Assembly: GCA_965661985.1 (NCBI GenBank)
Contig: CBFIFY010000003.1
Location: 29,207 to 93,206, forward strand
DNA from: an uncultured Myxococcota bacterium
Lineage (GTDB): Bacteria > Myxococcota_A > UBA796
DNA: 64,000 nt
Direction of reading: 5' to 3'
Positions 1 to 9,540 of the stretch are shown here, piece by piece. A model generated the notes under the pieces. That model saw only the letters and a program-made list of their open reading frames with translations, was not told the origin of the DNA and did not search any database. The translations under genes were made by a program, and so were the position numbers. How positions within the stretch are numbered: the first letter of the stretch is position 1; every line of letters starts with the position of its first letter.

Positions 1-130
1 ACCATACCAAAAAAGTAGGCTATCATCGAGTGGTTGGTTAAAAATAATTGGAATGATGTTTGCAATGTAAAACCTTGATAAGGTATATTTGACTAGTTCA
101 ATTTGGGTCCAGTAAACAGAGAGCACGATT

Positions 131-868
131 ATGGCGGTTACAATACAAAGTATCTTGGCTTCACTCAATGAGGCACACCTCCGCTATAAGTTGCACGAGT
201 TGACTGGCGAACCTTTGGTTGTGTTTCCAACAGACCAATACGTCAACAACAGTGGCACAAATCATTTAATGATCGTAATTCAACTGACTGAAGATGGGGA
301 GTATGTAAAGTTCTTCGTTCCTTCAGCATACCACATCCCTGAAGATGAAAGCGCGTATGCTGTATTGAAGAGTTTCTCGATCATTGCGTGGCAAGTAAAG
401 TTGTTGGATTTTGAAGTTGACCCATCCGATGGTGAAGTGCGCCCGACGATTGATTTTCCCATTGAAGATGGTACGCTTACCACCCTCCAAATCCAACGAT
501 GTTGTCGGACTCTTGCCAGACTAGTGGACATATTCCACCCATACATCAAAAGTGCGCTGGTCAACAACAAGGTTCCTTCTGAACTCTCTTGTGGCGATAT
601 CGGAACTGTATTGCGTGCCTATGATGATGATATGCAAGTTGAACCAGATGCCATTCCAGACTTAGACAGACGATTTAGAGAGATGCGGGAACGTCTAGCG
701 ACCCTAGAAGAAGTAGAAGAAGAAGAACATGAAGAGGATGAGACAACGAATACAGGCGACTCAGACTCTACCGCATCCGACTCCAGTGAAAACAAAGATG
801 CTCCTCAGGAAGATCAATCCCAAGTTGCATCAACAGAAGAAGATTCATCCGACGACGAATGGATCTAG
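131..868 (+). CDS. hypothetical protein; globular N-terminal domain (possibly YbjN/T3SS-chaperone-like) plus ~70-aa poly-acidic tail
   Basis: 245-aa ATG ORF with no competing ORF. The C-terminal tail ATLEEVEEEEHEEDETTNTGDSDS...EEDSSDDEWI is Glu/Asp/Ser low complexity. The fold assignment is by eye only. Confidence 0.6.
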   Translation: MAVTIQSILASLNEAHLRYKLHELTGEPLVVFPTDQYVNNSGTNHLMIVIQLTEDGEYVKFFVPSAYHIPEDESAYAVLKSFSIIAWQVKLLDFEVDPSDGEVRPTIDFPIEDGTLTTLQIQRCCRTLARLVDIFHPYIKSALVNNKVPSELSCGDIGTVLRAYDDDMQVEPDAIPDLDRRFREMRERLATLEEVEEEEHEEDETTNTGDSDSTASDSSENKDAPQEDQSQVASTEEDSSDDEWI

Positions 869-944
869 AAGAATTGCCTCACACCTTAAACAGCCACTTT
901 TACACGACCTTTACGAACATAAACCATTATTCTTGGATACGAAC

Positions 945-3158
945 ATGAGCTCAAAAAAGTTTGATGAAACAATGCAATCCACCATCGATTCTGCGAAGAA
1001 TGTTTTGCCTGAACGTGCTAGCCTAGACTTACACTGTCTACTCGCTGTCTTGTTGCAACAAGACAATTTTCAAGGCAGGTATCCCGCACTCGAAGATATG
1101 TTTCCAAACCCACCCAAATTGGATTCCAAAGCCGAAAAGTTAAAGTTGTCAGCCACCATTCGTTCCATCTTCAAAGCCAGTAAAATTGATGGGGTGATAT
1201 CGAGCGAAAGCGTATTTCGGAATGCTCTTTTCCACGACGAAATATTTGATGGTCTAGAAGCCAACCAGCGAATCCTGTTGCAGTCCATTCGCGCTCGACA
1301 CTCACTTGAAGAATACAAGCGTTCTCCAGTTAGGGCTCGTCTCGTGAAGAACTTGGCCCGTTTTGGCTCTTTTTTGACAGACGAAGACCTCAAAGAAAAA
1401 GACCTCTGTGGACGAGAAGACCTCTTGCCGAACATTGCACGTGCACTGATGAAGATGCGCACCAACGATGCACTGTTGGTCGGTCCATCGGGCGTTGGAA
1501 AAACAGCCATCGTACGTGAGTTTGCCAGACGAGTCAAAGAAGGACATGAGTGCATTCCACTGAGCCTGCACGGCGCAGAGGTTTTTCAAATTTCACCAGA
1601 GAACTTGACGGTTGGCGCGGTCTCTCGTCCGCAATTCATGACGCGCATTGAAACACTGAAAGGACATCTAGAAAAGCATCCCAAGATCATCTTGGTCATC
1701 AACCCAATGGATGCACTGGTCAGCAAAGACACCCGTAGACCAGACATCGTCATGCTCGAAGAGTTGGTGCGCCACCTCATCCAAAGCAACATTCCCATTT
1801 TGGCGACCATGTCTCCGGGTTCACACCTATTGTTGGATTCAAAGCCCGAGTGGGAAGGCATCTTCGAAGTATTCAGAATCCCAGAGCCTCCGACCGAACG
1901 CTTAATTGGAGTATTGAACGCACAGGTTCCCAACTTTCAAAAGCATTATGTTGGGATTGATTTCCAACAAAGTGGATTGGAGGCTGTCATCGAGTATGCC
2001 AAACGCTCCTATCCTACACAATGTGAACCAAGACGCTCTGTGCAGTTCTTGGATGAGTTGTGTGTCCGAGCCCAAACGGCAGACCCAATCATTACCGAAT
2101 TGTCCAGACAAAGTGTTGAGCAGATTCTCAGTGAACCGTTGCACGCCAACGCTGGTCGCGTGACCATCAACAGCGACGAATTGTTTGAGGCTCTTACAAG
2201 TCGAATTGTGGGTCAAGATCAAATCATGCAACAACTGTCCTCTACCATCACAACCCGCATGAGCAAATGGGCAAGTTCTGACCGACCACGTGGCGTGTTC
2301 TTGTTTGGTGGACCTACAGGTGTTGGAAAGACGGAAACAGCGGTGCAACTCGCACAAATGTTGAGTGGCTCTGCCAACAACCTCATTCGAGTAGACTGCA
2401 ACACCCTTCAACCAACTGGCCACCAAAAGACCTCTGTCATTTGGACTTTGTTGGGTGTCCCTCCTGGATACATGGGGCATGGAGAAGGTGGATTGCTGTC
2501 AAAAGTACGCGAAAAACCCAATGCTGTAATCTTGTTTGATGAGTTTGAAAAAGCAGACGCTGCCGTTGGAAAACTGTTGCTCCAGATTTTGGACACCGGT
2601 CTACAACAAGACAATATGGGCATGATGCTGGACTTCCGCCAAGCCTTCATCGTCTTCACATCAAATTTGGGATGCGACTATCAAGAAGCACCCGCTCAGT
2701 TGGGATTTGGCAGATCCGATACAAAGGCGAAAAAAGTCCCGACTGTCGACGAAGCAAAACTCAGAAGCGAACTGCGCATGATGGGGTATGGTCCAGAGTT
2801 CTTAGCCCGTATCCACCAAATCTTTTTGTTCAACGCCTTGGGACAAAACGACATCGCCAAAGTCATCGGAAAACTTATTGCATCGCTTCAACCGTTCATT
2901 CAAGATCAAGGCTACACGCTGGTCGCCAACGATCAGTTCGCTCAAGACGTCGCGGCAGTCTACGAGCCTCGTGACGGTGTTCGTGGCATCATTAACAAAG
3001 TCCGCTCTGAATTCACGCGGTCACTGAGTGAAAACGAGCGTCTTGGCAACCTTAATGGGATTCAAACGATTGCACTACACTTTGATGCTGAAGCAGAAAC
3101 CAATGCGTGCAAGAGAGACGATGACGCTCTGCACCTCTATCTATCGTTGAAACAATAA
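945..3158 (+). CDS. ClpA/ClpC-like two-ring AAA+ ATPase (Clp/Hsp100 family) with degenerate D1 Walker B
   Basis: ORF 729-3158 overlaps the previous gene; the first non-overlapping ATG is 945 (MSSKKFDE). D1 has Walker A GPSGVGKTA, but the Walker B position reads ILVINPMD with no Asp-Glu. D2 has Walker A GPTGVGKTE, Walker B AVILFDEFEKA and PPGYMGHGEGG. An LGF tripeptide lies at the position of the ClpA IGL / ClpC VGF loop. Confidence 0.85.
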   Translation: MSSKKFDETMQSTIDSAKNVLPERASLDLHCLLAVLLQQDNFQGRYPALEDMFPNPPKLDSKAEKLKLSATIRSIFKASKIDGVISSESVFRNALFHDEIFDGLEANQRILLQSIRARHSLEEYKRSPVRARLVKNLARFGSFLTDEDLKEKDLCGREDLLPNIARALMKMRTNDALLVGPSGVGKTAIVREFARRVKEGHECIPLSLHGAEVFQISPENLTVGAVSRPQFMTRIETLKGHLEKHPKIILVINPMDALVSKDTRRPDIVMLEELVRHLIQSNIPILATMSPGSHLLLDSKPEWEGIFEVFRIPEPPTERLIGVLNAQVPNFQKHYVGIDFQQSGLEAVIEYAKRSYPTQCEPRRSVQFLDELCVRAQTADPIITELSRQSVEQILSEPLHANAGRVTINSDELFEALTSRIVGQDQIMQQLSSTITTRMSKWASSDRPRGVFLFGGPTGVGKTETAVQLAQMLSGSANNLIRVDCNTLQPTGHQKTSVIWTLLGVPPGYMGHGEGGLLSKVREKPNAVILFDEFEKADAAVGKLLLQILDTGLQQDNMGMMLDFRQAFIVFTSNLGCDYQEAPAQLGFGRSDTKAKKVPTVDEAKLRSELRMMGYGPEFLARIHQIFLFNALGQNDIAKVIGKLIASLQPFIQDQGYTLVANDQFAQDVAAVYEPRDGVRGIINKVRSEFTRSLSENERLGNLNGIQTIALHFDAEAETNACKRDDDALHLYLSLKQ

Positions 3159-3179
3159 TCAGCATTGGCTTGATATTCA

Positions 3180-3398
3180 GTGGCTGTTCACTATTTGAGT
3201 ATTCACATTGAAGAAGACGAGTGGTTGCGTGTCTACGCTGGACGTGCAACCCACGTTCATTGCAAGAGTACGGATGGAGTGCGCATCGCCATTGCCGCTA
3301 AGCACTTTCGACGCTTTACAACCCACGACGGAGTGCGGGGCTTCTTTAGACTGACCCTCAAAGGAAACCAGTTTGTATCTCTAGAGCGCGTTCGGTAA
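3180..3398 (+). CDS. DUF2835 family small protein
   Basis: 72-aa GTG-start ORF lying 21 nt after the Clp-like gene. RIAIAAKHFRRFTTHDGVRGFFRLTLKGNQFVSLERV matches my recollection of the DUF2835 pattern (R.ql.a..lr.F.th.G..G.FrL......k...le). Confidence 0.55.
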   Translation: MAVHYLSIHIEEDEWLRVYAGRATHVHCKSTDGVRIAIAAKHFRRFTTHDGVRGFFRLTLKGNQFVSLERVR

Positions 3399-3471
3399 TG
3401 CTCCAAGCTTTCGAACCGTTCTAAGTTTGCTATCTATGTCTGCTATAGGGTTTACAGTCGAGCTGTCTGCC

Positions 3472-3927
3472 TCAACCGCCCAATACACCTGCGTCCCGAA
3501 TATCGGTGACAATCCCAGCAATGGATTGACGTCCTCGACGCGCCAATGCAAATGCACGTGCGTGTTCGGTCCTTAGACTATCGGAAGAAACCGCAGAGTC
3601 GATGTTCAACTTTTGAAATGGCACAAACAGTTCAGACGCTTCGTCGATGATGCACCCCAACTCCGCCAAGGCTTCTAAGAAAGCATTTCCTTCTTCCAAC
3701 GTTCCAGACAACAAAGAGTGAACCTGGTGGTCATAACGATTTCCCCATTCGTCTTCGAGTGTACCTTGCGCAAAATCAGCGAATACCCAACGAGTTAGAG
3801 CCTGTCGAGAGTCTAAGTTTTCTCCAAAAGCAACTTTTTTGGTTTCCGCAATGGATGCCAGTCTCCCATTGGCCGAGGGGGCAACAACCATAACAGAACC
3901 CATTGTATTGGTAAAGACATCTGACAT
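3472..3927 (-). CDS. hypothetical protein
   Basis: ORF 3472-3984. The internal ATG at 3927 is preceded by GGAGGTCCA, a strong SD, whereas the 3984 start is TTG. No recognisable motifs. Sits downstream of the polytopic membrane protein gene. Confidence 0.5.
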   Translation of the reverse strand: MSDVFTNTMGSVMVVAPSANGRLASIAETKKVAFGENLDSRQALTRWVFADFAQGTLEDEWGNRYDHQVHSLLSGTLEEGNAFLEALAELGCIIDEASELFVPFQKLNIDSAVSSDSLRTEHARAFALARRGRQSIAGIVTDIRDAGVLGG

Positions 3928-3991
3928 TGGACCTCCGAAAAATCGTAGTGGTGATGTATGGCAATATAGACAACTCCCCTTCAATCGTCAA

Positions 3992-5527
3992 CTACCTCAC
4001 CCAAACATTCAACCGAAATCGATTGTCCATCAGGACTTCGGTCGTCAAAGAAAACCCCTCTGATTTTAGTCGCTCGGTTTCCGTTTGGCTGTGTTTGGGG
4101 TCAATTACCCAAACTTGAACCGTGTCCAACACACGTTGCTCTCGATTCTGCAATTGCCGTTTGAATTGAACACAGGGATGTGAGGCTCCCAGTCTCAGTG
4201 CAACTTCTTCAATCATCGCATTGGCTTCCAACACGACCAAAACATCTTCTGTGCACCCATCGCTCTTTAACGTTTCAGCTATCGTAGATGCCAAGTCGTC
4301 TACCCCCCAAAAACGAGTGGGTTCCAAAGTGATGTTTCCATCGGAAGTTTGAAACAGTCCGCCATACTGTTCATCCCCTTGTAGAGTCTCTCCATTCAGT
4401 CGACCCGACAGGTTCCATCCAACCATCGACAACACAGCAAGCGTCAACAATCTCCGCCCCCAAGCGATAGACAGGACTTGTACTCCCTCACCGATAACCA
4501 AGGGCAATATCACCCATAAAATTGAAGGGTAATAAAAGTTTCGTTTGGATATCCAAGAGAGGGCAACATAGGGTACCAACACCGCCACAAACAACCCCAT
4601 CGGCAAACGCTTAAAAACACCGAGTACAACAAATGCAACCAACGCCATCCCTGCCAAAACAGGGCCCAATGCCCTCCAATACAGATGCCCCCAGTATCCA
4701 AACCATCGCAAAGAAGACGTCAATTCAATACGGCTTTCCATCATTGGGGAGTCGGCTTCTCGAAAATAATAGGCAATCCCTTCGGGGGACGAAAATTGAA
4801 AATAAGATGCAATGCCCCAAAGTAGAACACCACAGGTTGTGAGCGCCAACATACTCGACACTCCACGGTGTACAACCCTAGACTCAGCGTCGCGTCCATT
4901 CCATAAAGCCGAAATCCACACTCCAGCAGCCAAAGATGCTTGCAACAAAATTAGAATTAAATTGTCCGTTTCACGAAAACTCCAAAACGCGGAAACCCAA
5001 GAAACCCCTGCAAACGCGACAGTTGCCAAAAAACTACTGAACCCTCTGGACCAGTACACCAACCCCCACCCCAAGACAATTAAGGGTGCTTGCAATGAAT
5101 ACACATCCCATCGCAAAGAAGCATATACATTGGTTGGTGTACACAGGAACGCCGTCGCACCAACCAACCCCACCAAGGGCAAACGGCGACTGTAGCCAAT
5201 CAACAGTATGAGGGCCCCTGTGAGGATGTGCGACATTTGTGAAAGCCACAGCAAAGCCGCAGGATGTCGTTCCCAATAGCGCCACCATTCAGCAGCAATA
5301 TAAGACGCATAGCCTTTGGAAAAATCGACGGGTTCATTGCGTTCGATTTTCAACGTCGCATCAAACATCGCATCGGTAAAGCCACAACAAACCCCTTTGG
5401 CAAACTGTTGGTTGTCAACATTGAACGTTTGATAAAATTCCCACTGCCAAAAAATTACAGCCACCAGCACACAGACTGAGACCCACCAATCGAAACGGGT
5501 GGGTGTATAAGATGCTTGTTTCCACAT
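3992..5527 (-). CDS. polytopic membrane protein with C-terminal soluble domain; possible GT-C (ArnT/PMT-like) glycosyltransferase
   Basis: 511-aa ORF. About 12 hydrophobic segments are followed by a ~130-aa hydrophilic C-terminus. The architecture resembles GT-C enzymes, but no catalytic motif was verified. Confidence 0.6.
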   Translation of the reverse strand: MWKQASYTPTRFDWWVSVCVLVAVIFWQWEFYQTFNVDNQQFAKGVCCGFTDAMFDATLKIERNEPVDFSKGYASYIAAEWWRYWERHPAALLWLSQMSHILTGALILLIGYSRRLPLVGLVGATAFLCTPTNVYASLRWDVYSLQAPLIVLGWGLVYWSRGFSSFLATVAFAGVSWVSAFWSFRETDNLILILLQASLAAGVWISALWNGRDAESRVVHRGVSSMLALTTCGVLLWGIASYFQFSSPEGIAYYFREADSPMMESRIELTSSLRWFGYWGHLYWRALGPVLAGMALVAFVVLGVFKRLPMGLFVAVLVPYVALSWISKRNFYYPSILWVILPLVIGEGVQVLSIAWGRRLLTLAVLSMVGWNLSGRLNGETLQGDEQYGGLFQTSDGNITLEPTRFWGVDDLASTIAETLKSDGCTEDVLVVLEANAMIEEVALRLGASHPCVQFKRQLQNREQRVLDTVQVWVIDPKHSQTETERLKSEGFSLTTEVLMDNRFRLNVWVR

Positions 5528-5635
5528 AATCGAAACATATCGTGGAGAATGTTCCTACACGAATGAAAAAGAGTTGAAATCCACTCTAAAATCGATACAA
5601 GAAACTACACAATCAACCCATTACGGAGTCTTACC

Positions 5636-5956
5636 ATGAGCGATACCGCTACCATCTTCAGTACACTACAAAATCAATATCAAACTGGCAAAGTGGACAG
5701 TGAAACCATTTATTATTTCTCAATTGGCGCTGACAAATACACGCTGTTTGCTCGTCCAGACGGCTGCGAAGTGAAAGAAGGCAAAGCCGTAGACAAAGCG
5801 AACTGTGTCGTCAAAGCGGACCCAAAAATCTTCAGCGACATGGTGCTCAAAGGCAAAAAGCCAGGCATGATGGCCATCGCCAGTGGCAAGATCAAGTTCT
5901 CTGACATGAACTTGGTGATGAAGTTGCAAGATCTTTTCGGTTTGAACATTGCATAA
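5636..5956 (+). CDS. SCP2 sterol-carrier-like domain protein
   Basis: 106 aa. ANCVVKADPKIFSDMVLKGKKPGMMAIASGKIKFSDMNLVMKLQDLF matches the SCP2 C-terminal signature (G.l.p..a...Gk.k..Gdm..a.kl..l). Confidence 0.8.
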   Translation: MSDTATIFSTLQNQYQTGKVDSETIYYFSIGADKYTLFARPDGCEVKEGKAVDKANCVVKADPKIFSDMVLKGKKPGMMAIASGKIKFSDMNLVMKLQDLFGLNIA

Positions 5957-6014
5957 ATGCTGAACGCTTAATCTTTGCGATTCCAACGCAATTCCAACAT
6001 TCAAGGTGCGCACG

Positions 6015-7217
6015 ATGGCTTTGTACTCGACCAAAGACGTTCATTGGCTGCACACACACTCGGCACCCACATACCCAACGTTGTCAGACAACCTAGAAGT
6101 CGACGTTGTGGTGGTGGGTGCTGGTCTATGTGGTGTGTCTACAGCGTGGCACCTCAGTCAATCAGGTTTGCGTGTGGCCTTGGTTGAGGCTCGTGGAATT
6201 GCCCATGGCGCCACCGGTCGAAATGCTGGCTTTATTTTACAGGGAACCGCCGAGCGCTACAACCGTGCCATCGTTCAGATGGGTAGAGAGAAAGCGCGAA
6301 CGATACACGGGTTGTCTGTCGAAAACCATCGTCAAATGAAAGCTTGGCTCGCTCAACATCCCATTGACTGTGAATACCGACAGGGTGGCTCTCTTCAGTT
6401 GGCATCCAGTTTGGAGGAAGAAACAGAACTGATCGAGTCCGCAGACCTACTACTTGAAGATGGTTTTGAAGCAGAATTGCTCTATGGCGATGAACTTGGC
6501 GAGCCCTATGTAAGTGCGGGCTTTCAAACCGGCATTGTATTGCCTGAGGATGGGGAAATTCACCCAGCCAAATTTGTACACGGTGTGGCTCAAGTGGTCT
6601 CTGGGCAAGGGGTACAGATATATGAAAACACGCCTGTATTGAGTATGGACACTGGGGATGATGTCCTTTTACAAACACCACGAGGCAAAATTTCGGCACA
6701 CATGGCAGTACTCTGCACAAATGCCTATTTACCACAGGTTCTCCCGCAATACACCAATACCATCCACCCCGTTCGTGGACAAATGCTTTGTACAACGCCA
6801 CAACCTCATCTTTTTGAACGTCCAATTTATGCGGATCACGGATTTGATTATTGGCGTCAAAAACCCGATGGACGAATTGTCTTGGGTGGCTGGCGAAACC
6901 TCGACCCCGATGCCGAGGTTGGCTACGACGAAACATTGCACCCTGAAATACAGGCATCTATGACTGAGTTCCTCAGACGCTTCAAGGGCTTGGAAGCTGT
7001 CGAAATTGAGTCACGATGGTCAGGAATTATGGGGTTTTCACGGGATGGATTGCCCTTGATTGGTGGTGTTCCTGGCAAAGACAGTCTCTTGGTTGGCGCG
7101 GGGTTTACCGGACATGGCTTCGGCTTTGCGTGGCTGGCTGGACAAAGTTTGGCGAAAATGGTCGTCGATGCAGAAGACCAATTGGCAAGCATTTGTTCCC
7201 CCCATCGATTTGTATAA
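6015..7217 (+). CDS. FAD-dependent oxidoreductase (DAO / glycine-D-amino-acid oxidase family)
   Basis: Dinucleotide-binding motif VDVVVVGAGLCGVSTAWHL near the N-terminus, ~400 aa, C-terminal GFTGHGF. The ORF opens with GTG at 6006; the ATG at 6015 was chosen. Confidence 0.8.
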   Translation: MALYSTKDVHWLHTHSAPTYPTLSDNLEVDVVVVGAGLCGVSTAWHLSQSGLRVALVEARGIAHGATGRNAGFILQGTAERYNRAIVQMGREKARTIHGLSVENHRQMKAWLAQHPIDCEYRQGGSLQLASSLEEETELIESADLLLEDGFEAELLYGDELGEPYVSAGFQTGIVLPEDGEIHPAKFVHGVAQVVSGQGVQIYENTPVLSMDTGDDVLLQTPRGKISAHMAVLCTNAYLPQVLPQYTNTIHPVRGQMLCTTPQPHLFERPIYADHGFDYWRQKPDGRIVLGGWRNLDPDAEVGYDETLHPEIQASMTEFLRRFKGLEAVEIESRWSGIMGFSRDGLPLIGGVPGKDSLLVGAGFTGHGFGFAWLAGQSLAKMVVDAEDQLASICSPHRFV

Positions 7218-7270
7218 TGAACTCGACAAACAACCGTTGAATCCGATCAATCGCATCTGATCAATCAAAG

Positions 7271-7300
7271 ACAGACAAAAACAGATAAAAACGGATAAAA
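7271..7300 (+). repeat. three phased 10-bp A-tract repeats
   Basis: ACAGACAAAA ACAGATAAAA ACGGATAAAA, with exact 10-bp periodicity, ~70-100 nt upstream of the putative promoter of the 7406 gene. Confidence 0.85.
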
Positions 7301-7347
7301 ACTAGGATGAGACTGTAAAACCATCGAAGTCAGACGAACCTCCATCA

Positions 7348-7375
7348 TCGACAGACTGGAAATCTCCCATATAAT
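7348..7375 (+). promoter_or_regulatory. putative sigma70-type promoter for the DRE-TIM aldolase-like gene
   Basis: TCGACA (7348-7353), 16-nt spacer, TATAAT (7370-7375). GAGAGGG SD follows at ~7395, with ATG at 7406. Confidence 0.4.
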
Positions 7376-7405
7376 AGGCTATAGATCGATCATTGAGAGG
7401 GCGAT

Positions 7406-8413
7406 ATGGAACAAGACTATCGAGTGTCCTGCTGCCCAGCAGGGTTGGTATCTGAACAACGCAACCGCATTAAGGTACTGGACTGTACCATTCGTGATGG
7501 TGGCATCTGCAATGACTGGGACTTCGACATTCCCACCGTTCGGCGAGTGTATGAGACTCTATCAAATTCAGGTGTCGACTACATGGAGATTGGCTATCAA
7601 AGCAAGCCTGGCCTCTTTGATCCAAATGAAGTTGGGCTGTGGCGGTTTTGCGAAGAAAATGCCCTCAAAGAGGTGGTTCAAGGTTCCACATCCAAGATGA
7701 AACTCTGTACCATGATTGACGTTGGACGGATTCGTCCACAGGACATTCCACCAGCCGCCGATTCTTCTATTGATGTCCTTCGAATTGCGACCTATGCCCA
7801 CCAAATGGACGATGCCTTAGAATTGTTGAACGACGCCCTCAACAAAGGCTACGAAACCTTCATCAACGTCATGGCGGTATCCACATTGACGCCAGAGAAA
7901 GTCGATGTATTTTTGAAGCAATTGGCCGGGTCTGGTGTGCACAACGTTGCCATCGTAGACTCTTTTGGGGCAATGTACCCTTACCACATCCGTTATTTGG
8001 TCCAAAAGTACCGCGACATACTGGGAACGAACATCGGACTGGGTGTACACTGTCACAACAATCAGCAACAGGCTTTTGCCAACTCGATCGCTGCCGCCGA
8101 TGAAGGGGTGGACTTCATTGACGCAACCGTTTTTGGAATGGGTCGAGGCGCTGGAAACTGTCCCTTGGAATTGTTGCTGTTCTATCTCAACAACCCCAAG
8201 CACAGCATCGAACCCATCTTAGAACTGACCGAACACTTCGTCAAGTTGCGGTATGACTTGCTATGGGGCTACCACATGCCCTATGCAATTACGGGCTACC
8301 TCAACCTCCACCCACGCTCTGCGATTGAACAGATGGCGGGAGAAAACCGTGCCGAGGTTGTAGAATTGTACCAAAAACTGGCCTCTCGACTGACCCTGAA
8401 AAAATCTAGCTAA
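7406..8413 (+). CDS. DRE-TIM metallolyase (HMGL-like / pyruvate carboxyltransferase-type aldolase) family protein
   Basis: IKVLDCTIRDGG at the N-terminus. HCHNNQQQAFANSIAAADEGVDFIDATVFGMGRGAGNCPLE carries the metal-ligand H-x-H and the GxGxxAGN motif. Confidence 0.75.
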   Translation: MEQDYRVSCCPAGLVSEQRNRIKVLDCTIRDGGICNDWDFDIPTVRRVYETLSNSGVDYMEIGYQSKPGLFDPNEVGLWRFCEENALKEVVQGSTSKMKLCTMIDVGRIRPQDIPPAADSSIDVLRIATYAHQMDDALELLNDALNKGYETFINVMAVSTLTPEKVDVFLKQLAGSGVHNVAIVDSFGAMYPYHIRYLVQKYRDILGTNIGLGVHCHNNQQQAFANSIAAADEGVDFIDATVFGMGRGAGNCPLELLLFYLNNPKHSIEPILELTEHFVKLRYDLLWGYHMPYAITGYLNLHPRSAIEQMAGENRAEVVELYQKLASRLTLKKSS

Positions 8414-8469
8414 GCCCAACATGCCCAACCAGAGTTGGTTATGACTCTCAACAGAAGGTTGGGGGAAAT

Positions 8470-9540
8470 ATGAAACAGAAAATCAAAACAATGGTGGGGT
8501 TTGGCGTTGCGTTGCCAATCGTGTCCTTGGTGACCTTGTTGGGGTTGGAATTTCACCCAGACGACATTGAGAAAGTCCCTGTCCAAAATGTGCGTCCCAC
8601 AGAGCCGGCCCCAATGGGTAAAACACTGAAACTTCTGTCGTGGAATCTGCAATTTTCTGGTTCTCGAAAGCACCATTTTTTCTATGATGGTGGAGGTGCA
8701 GTTCACGTGCCACAGACTGATGTAAAAGAAACCCTTCAGCACATCAAAGCTTTTTTAACAGAGCGAGACCCTGATTTTGCCCTCTTGCAAGAAATTGATC
8801 GACACTCTGATCGCACGGGAAACATCGATCAATTGGAGCAATTAAAGTCCTATGCCCCAGGAATTGGTTGGGTCACCACCCCTTACCACAAGGTCCCCTA
8901 TGTACCTCACCCACCCCATGAACCCATGGGACGAGTCAATCTCAACTTGGGAACCCTATCGAAATATGAAATCAGCAGCGCTCGTCGACACCAGTTGGCT
9001 CTGCTCAACGAACCTCGTTGGAGACAGTTTTTCAACCTCAAACGCGCTGTTCTAGAAACCACCATACCCGTCGGAGTTGGCGCAAACCGTCCAACTCTCA
9101 TTTTGGGCAACACCCACCTCTCTGCATTTTCTGGAGGCGACGGCACTTTATCCAAACAAATCGCTCAACTCGATGCTTGGATTGAGTCCATTCCAAAGGG
9201 GCAGCCTTGGATACTGGCCGGTGACTTCAATCTCTTGCCAATCGGTGACACCCCTGAACGGCTAGGAGAAGATGGCAAACTCTATGCCGATGTCGAAAAT
9301 CCCCTACAAAGGCTGGCATCCAAATACAAGATGGCTTTTTCCGACCCACTCTCAGAAAGTGCAAGAACCTATTTGCCCTTTGAAGCAGAGGAACCCGATC
9401 GAAAAATCGATTACATCTTTTACGGTGGTCCAATAGAAATAGAATCCGCCAACGTATTGCGCCAGGCAAGCGCCATCAGTGATCACCTGCCATTGGAAAT
9501 CACGTTTCGACTGACAGCATCTCCACCAGAATCTCGGTGA
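8470..9540 (+). CDS. membrane-anchored endonuclease/exonuclease/phosphatase (EEP) family protein
   Basis: N-terminal TM segment (MVGFGVALPIVSLVTLLGL), LLSWNLQF, LLQEIDR, GNTHLSAF, AGDFNL and C-terminal SDHLPLEITF. These are the canonical EEP blocks. Confidence 0.85.
   Translation: MKQKIKTMVGFGVALPIVSLVTLLGLEFHPDDIEKVPVQNVRPTEPAPMGKTLKLLSWNLQFSGSRKHHFFYDGGGAVHVPQTDVKETLQHIKAFLTERDPDFALLQEIDRHSDRTGNIDQLEQLKSYAPGIGWVTTPYHKVPYVPHPPHEPMGRVNLNLGTLSKYEISSARRHQLALLNEPRWRQFFNLKRAVLETTIPVGVGANRPTLILGNTHLSAFSGGDGTLSKQIAQLDAWIESIPKGQPWILAGDFNLLPIGDTPERLGEDGKLYADVENPLQRLASKYKMAFSDPLSESARTYLPFEAEEPDRKIDYIFYGGPIEIESANVLRQASAISDHLPLEITFRLTASPPESR

Noticed and set aside
729-944. N-terminal extension of the Clp-like ORF (start at 729).
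   Set aside because: The extension overlaps the acidic tail of gene 131-868 in another frame and is Lys/Gln/Pro-rich junk. The Clp N-domain-like sequence begins at ATG 945.
3928-3984. CxxCH haem motif (CLYCH) in the N-terminal extension of ORF 3472-3984.
   Set aside because: The extension starts with TTG and has no signal peptide, which covalent haem attachment would need. A strong GGAGG SD precedes the internal ATG at 3927.
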